Translations under genes and position numbers: made by a program
NCBI RefSeq assembly: GCF_002113885.1
Contig: NW_018408787.1
Span: forward strand, 247,185-311,184
Reading direction: 5' to 3'
Length of the DNA stretch: 64,000 nt
Source: Mizuhopecten yessoensis
Taxonomy: Eukaryota
In this document: in pieces, positions 40,411 to 56,000 of the stretch
How the letters are laid out: the number at the start of each line of letters is the position of its first letter
Position numbering within the stretch: position 1 is the stretch's first letter
The notes under the pieces: generated by a model
What the model was told of the DNA's origin: nothing
The model's input: only the letters and a program-made list of their open reading frames with translations
Database searches by the model: none

Positions 40411-43400
40411 CGTCACATCAAGCTGTCTAAACATATATCAGAGCTATCGTCGTTATCAAACCGTATCTGACTCTCAAACGGGATTGAAAATTCTATAATA
40501 TGGAAAACTTGACCATAGATACGATTTGTTTTGTTTTTACACCTCAGCAACATGCGAGATATTAAACAAATTAATATAAACATAAGGGAAGCACCTTAGC
40601 GTCAAATATTTAATACAGTGACGTAGGACCACCTCTATTTAACAACTAGACATTCCTGGTCGGCTTCATACATAATTGCATGTTCCATTTTCTAACTCAT
40701 ATGGTTTTGATATCCTATTTTTATCTAACAACATGTTTATGACTCGTTATTGCTTTCTTTATAGAATGGACAACTTATTGTTTCGTCGTTCAAACAACAA
40801 AGTGAATACCATTGTTGTTGGTTGTGTATTTGGAGCATCCCACATTACAGTATATTGTCATTGGTTTCTGAACTCCGGGAGTTATTACATGTGCATACCC
40901 TTTATGGAACGGCAAGCTATGTTCTCAACATCTGATAAGAAATCCTCACCAACTGTTATTTATGAGTTGTGTTCTTTAATTATCTCTCATATTTGCTTAA
41001 GAGAAGAGTGAATTGTCGTCTTATATAATGTTATATGAACTTCTTGCAAATATATATGCAATAGCTTCAGACAGTATTTTTCCCATATCATAAAACATAT
41101 TCATTTTTTGTTTGTTTTTGTTTTTGTGTTTATTGTTAAAGTTTGTATGTCACCGCAAGGTGGTGCCTGGGAGAACATCATTGATAAAAGGTAGTAAGGA
41201 GAGAAAAGCAAACATGTTGTTGATCATTTGTCTATTGTGAATTCCAGTACTTGTTTATAATCATGATGGCACAAACATGACCTCCTGTTGAACTACTCAC
41301 ATTTCTACATTAATTCTGATTTACGGAACTGAATGTTTACTCGAACCTCTGCAGAATTCGAGAAAAAGTACATAAATAAAATGCAAACTTCTTCCTGATT
41401 GACCGTAACGCGCGGGGTCCTGATTGGCTGGTACGTTTTCTATCGGTATAATAAACGCCGTTGAATACGTGTATACATACATGTTATCCGTATATATTGG
41501 TGACATACTGACCTTAATCCTGATGTATGAAGTGTTACGTGTTTGCTACTTAAAGTGTATTTTATATAGCGAGAGTCAGCGTTTAGTTATATTCCCAAAT
41601 AAGGTGATTAAAATTAATGTTGCGAACAAGCAGATGTTTAGTGAAAGTAGATATTGCTTTTGACTGTTTAGTGAAAGCAGATAGTGCTTTTAACTGTTTA
41701 GTAAGAATACCAATTGATGTGTTACTAATTATCTGTCTGAATTATTATTTTAAAACTTAACAGTCGTTGATTTCAGTTTAACACCTGTGAGTTTTTGAAG
41801 TATGACTTAAATCGCAACAAAGAGCTGCATTGTTATCTTTGATCCCTAAATAAACCAAAATGGAGTCAGGCAAATAAGTTAGTTGTAGCAAAATATATTA
41901 ATAAAACAAAACAAAAAAACAAAAAAAAAAGAAACATGAAATGTCATCGGAATGTCGAATTTTCTCGACGATTACTTAGAATATTTAATCATTAAGGTGT
42001 TTGGCATTTGTACAAAATACTTTTTTCATGAATAGACAAATTAAGATGAGGTGTAAATCGCACAAGTTCTAACCAGATTGGTGTCTGTTCCAAAAAAATG
42101 CGATCATGTCGGAAAATAATAGATGTATTTGTTATATTAACTTCCTAAATCAAGTTGTGTAAAACGCAAAATGTCCAATACATTCAAATTAGAAACCTGT
42201 ATACAAAATGATCTTTCACTAAATCAAAATTCATAGTTTGCTTTATAGGAAGACATGCTTCATTAAAACAGCCTTGATTACTTGCCCCTGTGGTATTTGA
42301 TCACGACATGAGGACATTAATCTGTAGCGACTATGCTGATTTAATTATAAAAACATTAATACATGTCGTCTTCTCCCTAACATATTTTGAACTTGTAATA
42401 ATAGTTAAAAGTCCATACAATGAATATCTCGAAGTCGAGTTTAGATTGATATACATTTTGTTATACCTATGCATGTAACATCGACTTATTCATCAAAAAT
42501 GAACGTATTATTAAAATTATGATAACACCAGTTTTGTGTTATTTAATACTGCATCACAGTCATGTCACATGTGATTAAATATCATATCACAGATGCTTAT
42601 TCGCGTCATTGTCGATACAGCCATTCTCATGATATATTTGTTAGACTACAATTTCAACAATACTTACACTAGTGATGTCCTGATATGACAGGATCTTCAC
42701 CTTACCGCTTAGTCGTCCTCATTGACGTGTACATGTACTAGCCACCCCTCTTTGTTCAACCCCTCTTTCTGTCGACCGACCTCGGGTTTACCATCTGATC
42801 TAAATGGTACAACGTTTTACAAAACCACCAACAAGCGTATCAACGGAGGATTGAGTAGGATCTATATTTAGACGTTTTGGAATTTCGGAGCTATTAATAG
42901 CTGTAATAGGGATTTTCAGAGTTTACTATCTGATGACTATGCTGTTGTCTGGTATTTCCACTCTCAACACAGGTGATTGGTCAACGTCATTAGACACTTC
43001 CTTATAACTCAGGTCGAAGAGATTCTGGCTTATAAGTGGGCGCCACACAGAAGCAAATATGGGGTAAGTTAACTATGTTTAAAACAGTATATCATAAGTA
43101 TGCTTATGCTTATTAACACTTAAAGTTGAACACTACTTCACTACTAAAGTTGATTTAGAACATTATTTAAAATTATTTTTTCTGAAAGAAATACCATAAA
43201 ACATAATTTTGATCTGTATAAATCGTTTTATTTAGACATACGTACATGGTTATAATAATGAAATTCGTACGTATTCGCTTTACGAGAAAGATTTTACTCG
43301 ACCTCCTTTCACCTGTTGATTAAATCCTATCTAGGTTTGATAGTAAGATGATGGTGTTGTTATTAACGGAACAAGAGTTCCGATGGACATTGTAATTTTT

Positions 43401-46400
43401 ATCTACAATTAATAAAACCATCAAAAAAATGTTTTTTTGAATGCGATATGAAATCGTTATTATTACTGTTTCGAAAACGAGAGTAAGCTACATAATTATT
43501 GCTAACAACATAGTCATTTTCACCCCAAGTATTTACAAACATGTATCTATATCATATGGATTGACCCCCATAACGTACAAATTTCAAATCCACAAAGGAA
43601 AGAATTAAAGCAATATGAAAACTTTTACACATCATTTCTTAGTAATATCTATGATGAATTTTAAATATTTGCACCTTTTTGATAAAGTTTAAACACATTC
43701 TTTTTGTTAAAACAGTGTCATCTGAAATAAGTTGCTTTTATTTATCACTGTATCGCGAAATTAGGTACAATGAGTCTTTTTTCTATTTGTTCAGTAAATA
43801 ATGACTTCTTAATTACTAGTCTATATATCATTAAGTATTAGATTTTCAGTGTAACTGTTGTCTGGGTTAGAATTCTACAACGGGCATTGTTCAAACACTA
43901 TTTTGTGTTCTGATATCATGACCCTGCTTTAGTAATTCAGATAAACATTTCAATTATAAAAATTGACAATGAGAAATAACATCAAAATGGAGAGAAAGTA
44001 AGACTTATGTACTGATGATAGAAAACCCAAACAAAACTACTTCATGGAGATGACGGATGTTGAAATTTTCGAAAACTTTAACTTTTGAAAATTATGTCAC
44101 ATCAATTAGAAGAATTAATGTCTAACCATGTAACAAACCATTATTTTTTCATACCTATCCGAAACAATCATATGAATATAATTAAAACATGTAAAGAATT
44201 ATATTGAAGGTGGGTGATCTGGAGTCGTGTCGAAGATCTTGGCACACAACAACAGAGCGGAGAGTATTGGAACCGTCAACCGTGGCTCGACTACGGCGGA
44301 AGCTTTGTATGGCCTCTGGTTTACAAGGGCTATGGTAGGTATAGAGTCGCTGGGTAGGTGTGGGTATTAACATGTGTATACCCTGACACCCAGCTATCGT
44401 AGCCTCTACACACTTCGGTACATAACTGTACGTATGCTGGGACACTTGATCGACCTCAATATCAAACCCGAGTAAAGACCCGGAGCGCTGGTTTAACAAT
44501 CACGTGTCACTCTAATAGGGGTTAAGACGTATGTGCACACATCGAGGGGTTTCAAGTATCCATATTAACTTCAGTCAACTTCTTTTATGGCTTGAACGTG
44601 TCGTTGTGAGGACACCTTAGTATGTGTATGAATATAATTTTTTAATAAAAAGTAACTTGTATGTCCCTCCTCAAAAGACATGAAAATACACTGTCAATGA
44701 ATGTCACATAGAAAGTTGGCTTATATACATGTAGAAATTAGAAATAAAATGAACAAAATAGCACTACTGTTTTCAATATCAATAACTGATGCTTATATTT
44801 TCATTTGTTGTGTTCAATAATGTCGGAAAGTCGTTATGAAGTTGGTGATGCTGTAGGCTACATACCTAGTTGATATTTTTAACTTTAACTCACATTTTCA
44901 TGTTCTTCAGCAATGAATTGTTAACAGACTTATAGTATAACAATGAACCACGTTTAATTGGTTGATGTAGAATCCAAACCTTTAGCTGTCTAGTACTTAA
45001 AAGTCATAGTAATATATATTATTACATATATATTATGGTTTCCAGTTGAGCACATCACTGATGCGTTTAATTTGGGTTATTAGCAATGCTATATATTGTA
45101 ACCATAATTGTGTTCCATGTTAGATATTGATATTTCATTTTTATATTGATAGGATGATCCACAGCAGTGATGATCCATATTGTTCCAAAGGGACACCACG
45201 TGGTCTGTACATAGATGTAAGAAATACTCATTAAGTGTGTGTAACCTACTGTGACATATATACCCATATATATAAACATGGTTGGCGCCGGTAAAGCTCT
45301 TCTTAATTTGTTTTTATAAACAACTTGTCTGTGGTATTGGCAATATATCAAATACATTATTTTTTATACACAAAGCTTGATACATAATTAAATTCTTATT
45401 AGTTCAAGTAGAATTGAACATTTTATAGATGTGGCAGAATACATATAATTTGATGTTGATTTACTATCCCGTTGTGATAGGTTTAGCCGACAGATAGACG
45501 TGTGTACATTATACAGCAGTTATCGGTCAAATTTCGAACAGATTTATTGCCAAAAAATCAGCAAAGCAAACGAAGAGTTCTGCACATTATAAAGCTGTAC
45601 TAATTGTTTTGTAAGTTAAATTTATATTTTATATAGCATTGCCAAATGTAACAAGTCATGTGTATTACATTAAAGTTCTTTTATAGGTGTTATTTACAGG
45701 ATGATATTCAAGGGAGGTCACTCCAATTCATACACTCAAAGTACACACCAACTTTTATGTCTCACATGTCTTGTACCCGCAGCAGGAGGTCTACCCCTCT
45801 GACCGCACGTGGAGCTCTCGTGATTATCATACCAAGTACGAGGTCACAGATTCACTGTCAATCAAGCAAGTACTATTTATAGAACTAATCCGGTGTCTTT
45901 TGTGTTCATTGTTCACATTAAAAACATATACACTTTAAATACTGACCTCTTTTACATACCACTACTATGTAGGTATCACAGGTGGGTTTACAATAGACCA
46001 GGTTATTTGCCCCGAGGTTCTGAAAATAACTGTGTCATTCCCAGTGCTCAGGGGCCAATACACAGGTCCGTCGTACAACAGTCCAGTAATTAAATGTTTT
46101 CTTTCCCAACTATTGTTTCTTCGTAATCCATGAACAATAGTGTTATTTCGAATATGTAGATAATATTCAGAAATCAGGATTCGTTTGGAATGTTTGTTGG
46201 AACTATAAGAAAGTTTGTATATTTTTTTTATAGAAATAGTCGGGACTGTGTGTTAGGGTAAGAAGAACATAAATAAACAATTTGAAGCATTTTATAATCT
46301 CAGGAACACGAATATGCAAAAAAATATCCAATTAAAGGTCAAACAAAGCTTTATGGGAATAATAATTTTCGCATCTAACGAACCTGCCTGATTGAATTGT

Positions 46401-46959
46401 GTCAAATAGGTCAGAAACCAAGGTCTGCAGTACAAAACAAGATTCTAGTGCAGTCTATTTATATCTACAGTTACTGTCAGGGTCTGTAACAAACAAATAT
46501 ATCACATACCCTCGCTGGTTGGCAGCTGAATTATTTTACCGAGAATTATATCAAGATTACTCAACCAAATATGGCATGACAGCTTTCTATCAAATGTATA
46601 GCCCGCCCCTTTTCCAGGTACACGGCATAGACCTGAGAACACTTTCTGGAAATGTCATGTAGGACATGATATTTCTAAGAATCGACTCAGCATCATTTTC
46701 TCTTTCTATCATATTTGTGGGTCACGTTCCATCTATAGTTTACTCATAAGGGACAAATACATATGAAAGAGTTCACATTCCGAGAATATACCTATGTTCA
46801 CCTCATTCGTACACTTCAAACAATCTGTCTATAAATAAAATTTGAGCTGTCCTTGTATCACATCCAGTACACTGAATTGTATAGTACTTGTGGACCCTGT
46901 GTATATGTTTGTATTTGTGGTTTGTAGGGGAACCGCGGCTAGACTGCAGCACTACGAGA

Positions 46960-46969
46960 GGGAAACCCC
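46960..46969 (+). promoter_or_regulatory. Candidate NF-kB site at the 5' end of gene 5
   Basis: GGGAAACCCC, about 37 nt before the ATG at 47006. Confidence 0.4.
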
Positions 46970-47005
46970 CGTTTGTTAAAACAGCATGTGGTAACTATTA
47001 CCAAA

Positions 47006-50000
47006 ATGGAAATACTACCTGAAAATCACCTTAGCAACGAACGTGCACTGTGTAGCTCCATGTCAAAGGACAATGGTGGACACGATCGCGAGGATGTAGA
47101 AATGCAGTCAGTGGAAAATTGTAGTAGCTGTGCAAACTGCAGGCGTAGGTACAGGAACCATATTTTCACCTCGTGTTGTGTGTGTGTCGTCATCGTGGCG
47201 ATGTGCTGCATCATTATGGGTTACAACAATCACGCATGCGCACTGACAATGGACAGTTTGAATACTAGATTTCTAAATATTGACAAACAAATCAGCAGAC
47301 TTCAGAAAAAGTATTTTATCGCAAAAGTTTCAAAAGTAATGGCAGATCGTTCCTCCTTCATTAGTCGACAAGAAATGGTAAGATGGTCTAATGATTGTGG
47401 AAATAAAACTGTGTTTAATTGTTTTTATAGGAACATCAATATCCATCAATCAAAATTGTCAAGGGAGGTTATTCCCCATTTCTCAGACAAATGGAGATAA
47501 ACTCTATTTAAAGAAATTGTCAATTTTATTTTATTATTTTTTCCATATGCTTTTACTTTATTCATTAATTTTATCTTATTTTGCAAAGGAGGATAACGAA
47601 AATGTTAATGGGGACAAAATGCAACCACAAGACAAGGCTTTGGAAACAGATAACCCTGGTGAAGTGAACATTGTCAAAAGGTCTGCAAACAAATGTCAAA
47701 ATGTACAAAAAGGGAAAAAGAGGAAGAGGTGCTTGCGAAAACAAGAAAAACAGCAAAAACGCAGGCATACCGGACAATCTTTGGTAAGACTGGTGCAAAA
47801 GACTGTACACAAAACCGTGGAGCAGGCTGTAACAAAAGCTATGAAAAAGGTAGACCGTAGATTTTAAAATCTGTACAGAATCCTAGCTGAAAGATGAAAA
47901 AAGAATAAGAAATCATAAAATCTTTTTGCGTTTTGCAAACAATAGCATGCCTATTTGAGACAACCCGTCTGTAAATATACTGATACTTGATTATATTTCT
48001 ACTTTAGCTAGAAATACATCTAAGAAATATTTTTAATGACGTCACGATTGAATGATATTATTTCAAAGAAAATCAGCTTCCGGTTTCATGCCGATAGATT
48101 TAAGAGTATGTACTTAGCTACTGATCCCCTTTTGAAACATGTTTGGCTCATAAGTAATACTATTGGTAGCATACATGGTCTGATAAAGGGAGGTAAGACT
48201 CGAGCAAATTGAATAACTGTCCAGAAGCACGGTGTCCAATTCGCTGAAGGATCATTTCCCTTCACCAAGACATTCAAGGTAACAAAGTAACTTCGATCTC
48301 TGGTTTTTAGCTCACCTGGTCCAAAGGACCATGGTGAGCTTATGCCATACCGCAGCGTCCGTCGTCCGTCGGCCGTCCGTCAGCTTTTCCTTTAAATCAC
48401 TACTTGTCATGAACGATTGAGCTGATTTTGACCAAATTTGGTCAGAAGTATCATTAAGGAGACGGGGAATATATTTTGTATAAATGGTGGGTCTGGCCAC
48501 CTGGGGGTTAAAGGGCTGGGCCCAAAAGGGGAAATATAGCAAATTCTTTAAAATCCTTCTTCTTCTATAGGAATGAAAGGATTTGTTCCATATTTTGTCT
48601 GAAGCATCCTTGGGTGAAGGGACACCAATTTTCTATGAACGGTGGGTCTGGCCCCAAGGGGTCTGAGGGGCGGGGCCCAATAGGGGAAACATAGCAAATT
48701 CTTTAAAATCCTTCTTATTCTGTAGGAATGAAAGGATTTAGTCCATATTTGGTATGAAGCACCGTGGGTCAAGGGACTCAATTGTATATAAGCAGTGGTT
48801 GTGGTCTCCAAGGAGGCAGAAAGGTGGGGCCCAATAGGGGAAATAGAGGTACACCTTTAAAATCCTTCTTCTACCATAGGGATGAAGGGATTTCTTCCAA
48901 ATTCGGTCTGGATGATCTTATGCAAAAGGGACTCAAAATAAACAGTGAGTGTGGCCTCCCTTGGGGCAGAAGGGCAGGGACCAATAGGTAAAACCTAGCA
49001 AATTCTTCAAATACATTCTTCTTCTGTACGAATGACAGGATTTTGTCCAAATTTGGTATGAAGCATCCTTAGGTAAAGGGGAACCAATTTTTTGAAAAAC
49101 GATGTGTCTAACCCCCCTGGGGGCCGCGAGGCGGGTCCCAATAGGGGAAATAGAGGTAAAACATTTAAAATCCTTCTTCGACCATTGGGATTAAGGATTT
49201 TATCTTATTTAGTCTGGAGCATCCTTGAGCCAAAGGGACTCAATTTTTTTTTTTTATATAAACGGTGGGTATGACCCCTCTAGTGGTGTAGGGGTGGGGC
49301 TCTGTTTGAAGTTTGTTCTCGCTATTTCTCAAGTACTGGATGGATCTTTCTGAAATTTCATATGTGTTTACAGCACCTACCATTGAGTGCTATATGTTTA
49401 CTTCATACCAATTATTTTAAATATATTCAGGTGAGCGATACAGGCCCTCTTGGCCTCTTTGTCCTTTTTCTTTTCTATTCTGAATTTACGTCTATTCCCC
49501 CCCAAATGCGACCTTAGTAATGAACGTGATAAATCGTAATAAAAATAGGGAATTAAAATAACAACGGTACCTTATGTGTTGTATACTGTTGTTATAATTA
49601 TAATAAATAATAGAATAACTTGACTATAAATTCAGTTTTACCGTTTATTCTGAAACACAATATTTTAAAGTAATGACATCTCAATTTTAATCCATTTGTA
49701 GTGAAACATGATTTGTTTGTCATGTTGTTGTTTTTCATTTTGTTGCACATATGTAAAATATAAGTTTGAGAGAAGACAAGACACAATTTGAAAATTGATA
49801 GAAACAGATTCATGTCAAACCCACCTTATCTTATGTTGGAAATTAACGCATAAAATCGGATGCCTTTTGTAACAAACCTGGTTGTTTGGAGTTTGTTAAA
49901 GTTTAATTATTTAAAATTCCTTATTTATCCGATATAGCATTGTTAAGCAGGAAAACAAAGCCTTTTTCTGCACTTACAATATTTTTTTTATTATATGCAC

Positions 50001-53000
50001 AGACTTATGAAACGATATTATTGAAAAAAAGCCTAATTAGTAAATAGAATCATATCGATAACATTTATAAACTTTTGATCAGAGAACGACTTTGCTGTCT
50101 TGTGTCAAACAGTTGATTTGTAGATCGGGGTTTCAGGTCCTATTTATGCATATCTAGAGTAAGATAATTGGTCCAAATAGATTACAATATTTGGCAGAAT
50201 ACCACAAACAGTATATTGACACGTTTGAAGATAAAATGTGTCAGTTAATGTACAATCAATGACATCTTTTAACTATGTATTGTCTACCTATTTTGAACAA
50301 GATTACAAGAAACAGAAAATATAGCAATGTATCAAGATAACCCGACATCATCAGCTGATCAAACCTGCTTGTTTAATTACGAATATAAAAAATGGCACCG
50401 CCTATTTATATTTACGAAAGGTAGACAAATAGAACAATTCAGATTAAACAATACCTTTCAAAATAACTATTTATGGACACGATGGATCCTTTTTTTGTGA
50501 AGTTTCTTAAACCACTGAAACAATACAGTTAGTGACAATGTTATCGTCAATGTCTTCTAGATAGCTTCGACACCGCAGTCGAATCCGTGTCAGGATGCCT
50601 TTAAATGTGTGCACACATAAATGATAAGATCTCTGAATTAACGATATGGACACTCGTTAGTTATCACGGTGTCGTCCTTCATATGACTAGTGCCTGGTTG
50701 TACTTTAATAGGCAAAGGCAGCTCGCCATCTGATTGGGGGGAATGAGGTTATACATAAGGAGGAGATTAAGTGATGAAGCAGTTGAGCTGAATGAAAACC
50801 GATGATATTTATATTTCCCTATTTGTAGAAGACATAAGTTGCGAACGCAGAAGTAACCTCAATTTAATTATCAACTTGATGATTCTGTTCTATTGGAAAT
50901 TCTTAATCGAAATAGATGTTTGTAACCATATTTAAAAAAAATGTAATATAGCTGTTAGCATTGAACAAAAATGTATATAGTTTTATCAAAAATCATCAAG
51001 CCGTATAAAAATAAAGCGTAATGGATAAAAAGAAAACAACATAGTATAACATTTCTTATTTTAACCATAAAAATAATATCAATGTTTCTATACTTAAAGA
51101 AAAAAACACATTTCCCATATTTCCATAAAATAAAGATGTACACTCAGACCTCCAAGGATTTTTTTCCCAAATCTAGGCCATGCCTTTATAGATCGCCCAA
51201 AGTTTTAGAAGTATCTGGCCACTTTTACATTAAAACACTATGCCTATTTTGTTTCGGAACTTTCCACAACATCGGGTTACGTCCATGCCGTTTTAGATCG
51301 CCCAAAGTTTTAGAAGCATCTGGCCACTTTTACATTATAATACTATGGTGTTTCGGACCTTTTCACAACATCGGGTTACGTCAGGTGTGTGAAATGTCCA
51401 TGATGTGTCTTTCTCTTTCTTCTAATTTCTCCTGAATTCCTGTTCGAATCATCTTATGTAACGGCATAAAAAATATTTAAAATAAAATTCATAATAAAAA
51501 CACACACACCAACAGCCGTTGTGTTATTGGTATCATGATCAATTTGGCACGGTGACACAAATTTATCACAAACATGAGCTAATCATCTTTATAGTTGTGC
51601 TATTTCTCTTGTTTATTTTAAAAATCAGGACTTAAATCGATTTTTTTTCGAAAACTTGTCGGGAATCTTTTATATAGTTACGAAAATGTACATAATATAT
51701 GTATATATTATCGATATGTCAAACACGATATAAAGATTAGATACGTGCGAATAAGTAGAACGCCGGCCACCTATGTACACGAAATCAATCACCTACATAC
51801 CGTTCAATGCTTAGTATGCTAAGGGGGCAGACACATAAAATTTGATGTAGACTATCCAATTGTTACTGACTTTAACAAGTACACGGGTATGGGGTGGCCA
51901 TGCAGCCTTGAACTAATTCGAGATGGTCGTACCTAAAACCAGCCACGCTTCGTTGAATTTTAAACAAAATAAACTACACATGTATAGGTTTCCGAGGGGC
52001 TTTACAGCCTTAACATGTTAGATCGCTGATTGGATTATGGGTCGGCCAATCACTACAACTTCCTGGTCCTCAATCATGACTCATCAGCTACTCTGGGTGA
52101 ATACATAAATAGAAATACAGCGAACGCCTCTCAATAAATTCAAGATATACTAAAGCAGTAAGCGTTAAATAGAATAGCGCACATGTGCACGTTTTGAACA
52201 TTAACTTTTGTCATAATTAAGAAGAAAAAAAACATGTAACCGAATTCGGTGTAATATTTGTGTGTTTTATTGAGTAATTTAAAAAAAAAAAAAAAAAGAA
52301 TTCCGGGCAGATTTTCAATAAATTGTAAAGCCAACAGCTATCCCTAACGATGTGGGTATAACGTCACAATTGCAATGATGTCATGATTTATAATCTAGAC
52401 TTATGATTTCATAGCTCACAGCTGACGTTGATAAAGTGGCAATTGAGAGCAAATGTATATTTCGTAACGTAGACTTAAACTTAACAGGTTATCGTTGTCC
52501 TTGTTACTTAAGTTTTAAGTTAGAACTGTGTCCTTTTCTATTGGTTAATAAACGCCAGCGTGTGTTATTGCCGAGAATATTCGTTTGTTGTAGTAATACA
52601 CCGTTTGTCGATCAATTCACTCAGCATCCATACTCTCATAAGGGAACAATGAACAATTATATACCAATACCTTTCTACCTGTAACTAACAGTTTACCCAT
52701 CTCTGAAACATCACGGAAACAAAGGCATTAATCCAAAGGAATAAAATCACATGTCACAATTTCCACGTCATTGTGGAATTCAACCATTTGAATGTGAAAC
52801 TGTATGACAAAGGAAAAAAACGTTGTCCGCTCGTCCATCCACGCCCTTCAGCCATACGATTAGAATGATATACCTGAAATCTCAATGTATAATGCAGACA
52901 TTCTCCTCTTTTCCCGTTCCAGGAACACGTCATTACCATTTCTACGTATTTCATGAATGCCTGTAGTTCATGTTATTACACCGAATATATACCGGGGAGA

Positions 53001-56000
53001 TTTAGGCAGTTCACACAAAATAGTCCACAAAAGACAAAGGACGCAATAGCTGATATCTGAAAGAGACAGACAGGTTCCGGTTGTGTAGGTGTTAATACCT
53101 AACACGTGTATCATTCTGGAACACAACTTTCGACTGCATTCTCTTATAAAGGCTTTCATAATGACGTCCCATTTTCTTTGATCTCTCCTCACATGTTTCC
53201 TATCGGTTTCAGTTTTTGGCTGTGAACGCTGGTTTAAAACACCTTACTTTTGAATTTACTTTGTAGCAGGTTTTTTTTCTGTTGAAGCCATTCATGGGTG
53301 TGAAGTTGTCATACAGCATTTTTTCCATTTTAACTTAGTTGGGTTTTTATATTTTACTATCATTTTCCAATTAAACCTTACAATACATGGACGTTGACGC
53401 TGTTCTATATCTTTTCTTCGCAAAGAGACTTGGGAGGTTCTTTATTGTGTACTATTTTCTGTTTTACCTTTCTTTGAAACTGTTTTACCTTATCACATAA
53501 CCCTGAATGTTTGCGATAACTCATGCTAAAATCTCCCCATCACCGTCAAATATTCAACGTCGGTATCATAGCTCAGTATTTGTTATCTTCAGCAGAACAT
53601 CACAGTGTCATAAAGATAGAGATTGTTTTTCATGCGACAATTTCCAAGAAACTGGGAGTTCATTGCATAATGATAGCATGCATAATCATTCTTTACAAGC
53701 GGGACAACTTCTTAATTCCTTACAGCATATGATTGATACCGATTACATAATGTTACAAGCAAAGGGACAACATGTATTTATGGCAGTCTTTAAATATATG
53801 CAATGGCTAAAAAGCTAGCAAACGTATAACAGCTACAGGAAACATAAGAAAAGGAGGAGGATGTAGCAAAATTAAGCTGATAAGCATTTTATGGACATGA
53901 TAAGTTAACTGGAGGGCTAAGCTTAGAGATTATCGTTTCAGTAATAGGGAACACATCTCACTTCTCCAAATGGTTAGATACAGATCCTGGTAGGTCATTT
54001 ATGTACCCGTTTGTAAACTGATAGTTTAACACTTATATATTTGTTAAACCATGTTACTCTTATATTTTACAAAGAACATATTCGTGTTGATATAACTCAA
54101 TAATCAAAGCAAGGTTTTCATTGAAATAACAACATTGATTGTGACGTCATAATTAAGTTCTTTGCCTCTCGATATTCTATGTACCTTTAACACAGCATGA
54201 TGTTTGCCTTTTGTGAATGCTATAAATGGAATTTCATGTTTTTCTTGTGACGAATGCCATTGATGTTTCAATTTATAAAATGTCTTATTTTCACTTTTCT
54301 ATTTATGAATATAAACAACAGGTTGTCACTAGAAATACAGATTAAAGAACAAATAAGAACGATAAATTTAAATGAACGTAATTAAGAAATTCAAACACAA
54401 TATCCGTTATACTGCACCATATCGTAAATTCGTGTATCTACGACTTAGCAGTGGTAATAAAAGTAAACAGATAAATAACCATAGGTCTGAAGTGTCCCTA
54501 AATATGTGTAGAAAATAGCAAATAAGGCGTATGCTTACACAGTCATTGATCTAGAAACTTGCTGTGTTGATAATATATTACTGATTATAGTGTGCACATT
54601 ATAAGGTAGTATTACACGATTACACATAATTACTTTCTGCCTTATATTTTTTCACGTATAGGATATGTTAGTTGCTATTATGTCAACTTTAAAGCATTGC
54701 TACCTTTTAGTTTTTATTTTGATGTTAATCGAAACATATGTGTGTTCTGTGCTTAAAAAATGCCATGCGATTCCTAGCGATGACATACAACTGGTGTTCA
54801 TAGGGGAAAAGGAGATACACTCTTAATTTATTTTAACTTTTGTTTTCTCAGGAGAAATACATCTTTATAATATCTGGTGCATAGAGCGACATAGACTTAC
54901 GTCACAAACACAGCGCTGCTATATAGGCTATTTGTGTAATCACGTTCTGGGAAATAACTGTGTTTATGTTATAAATAGGCTTTTCTCCTATCGGAAATAT
55001 GACTAATACCAGTTATAACACGTTATATGCGCGCGCTTATATACAAATATATTAAGTGGAATGCAGGTCATGTTCGATTTGTTATGGGTACTAGGAATAC
55101 GATATCAAATGCAATGAGTAGTTTTGTAAAAATATAAAGTTATGTTTGTCTTAAAACCACGAAATGTTTGACCGAACAAAATCCAAAATATTCATTAAAA
55201 TATCCATATATTGTTTAATGGTCTAATTTAAAGTCAAATATATTAAACTTGTGTGGTTTTGTATGTTTAGCATTCGGTACTGTTGGTGCATTTCGAAGGT
55301 GATGGGAATGAACATTATCCCCAGGGTAAAACCACTTACTGTCACTATTAGTTTTGCTGTGCTGTGTGGTAGATTACAGGTTTATAAAGACAGACATTCA
55401 ACACGAACCAGTAGTTAAAGTAGATAGACAGGTAGTTAATAATGTGGTCAAAATAAACAGGTGGTCACTATCGAAAGAGGTGATATCTCAGACAATTAAA
55501 CTTGAGTAATAGAAAGTTGGGTTGTAACAGTGTTTTACTTGAGTTTCAGAAAGGTGATCTGAATAGACAGGTGGGCTGTAAGACTATCTAACTTGACTTA
55601 TAGATAGATGGTATGTACGACTATTTAACTTGAGGTTCAGATAACTGGTCTGTAAGACTATTTAACTTCAGTAATAGACAGCTGGTATCAGGAAGTATTT
55701 AACTTGAGTTTCAGTTAAGTGGTCTGTCAGACGACTTTACTTTAGTAATAGACAGGTGGTATAAACAATATTTAACTTGAGTAATAGACAGGTGGTATAC
55801 AACAATATTTAACTCGAGTAATAGACAGGTGGTATACAACAATATTTAACTTGAGTAATAGACAGCTGGTATACAACAATATTTTACTTGAGTAATAGAC
55901 AGGTGGTATACAACAATATTTAACTCGAGTAATAGACATGTGGTATACAACAATATTTAACTTGAGTAATAGACAGGTGGTATACAACAATATTTAACTT

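Noticed and set aside
53929-54876. Possible further alternative exons for gene 5 (53929-53989, 54852-54876)
   Set aside because: No similarity to the HFEGDGNE motif, and one weak splice site in each.
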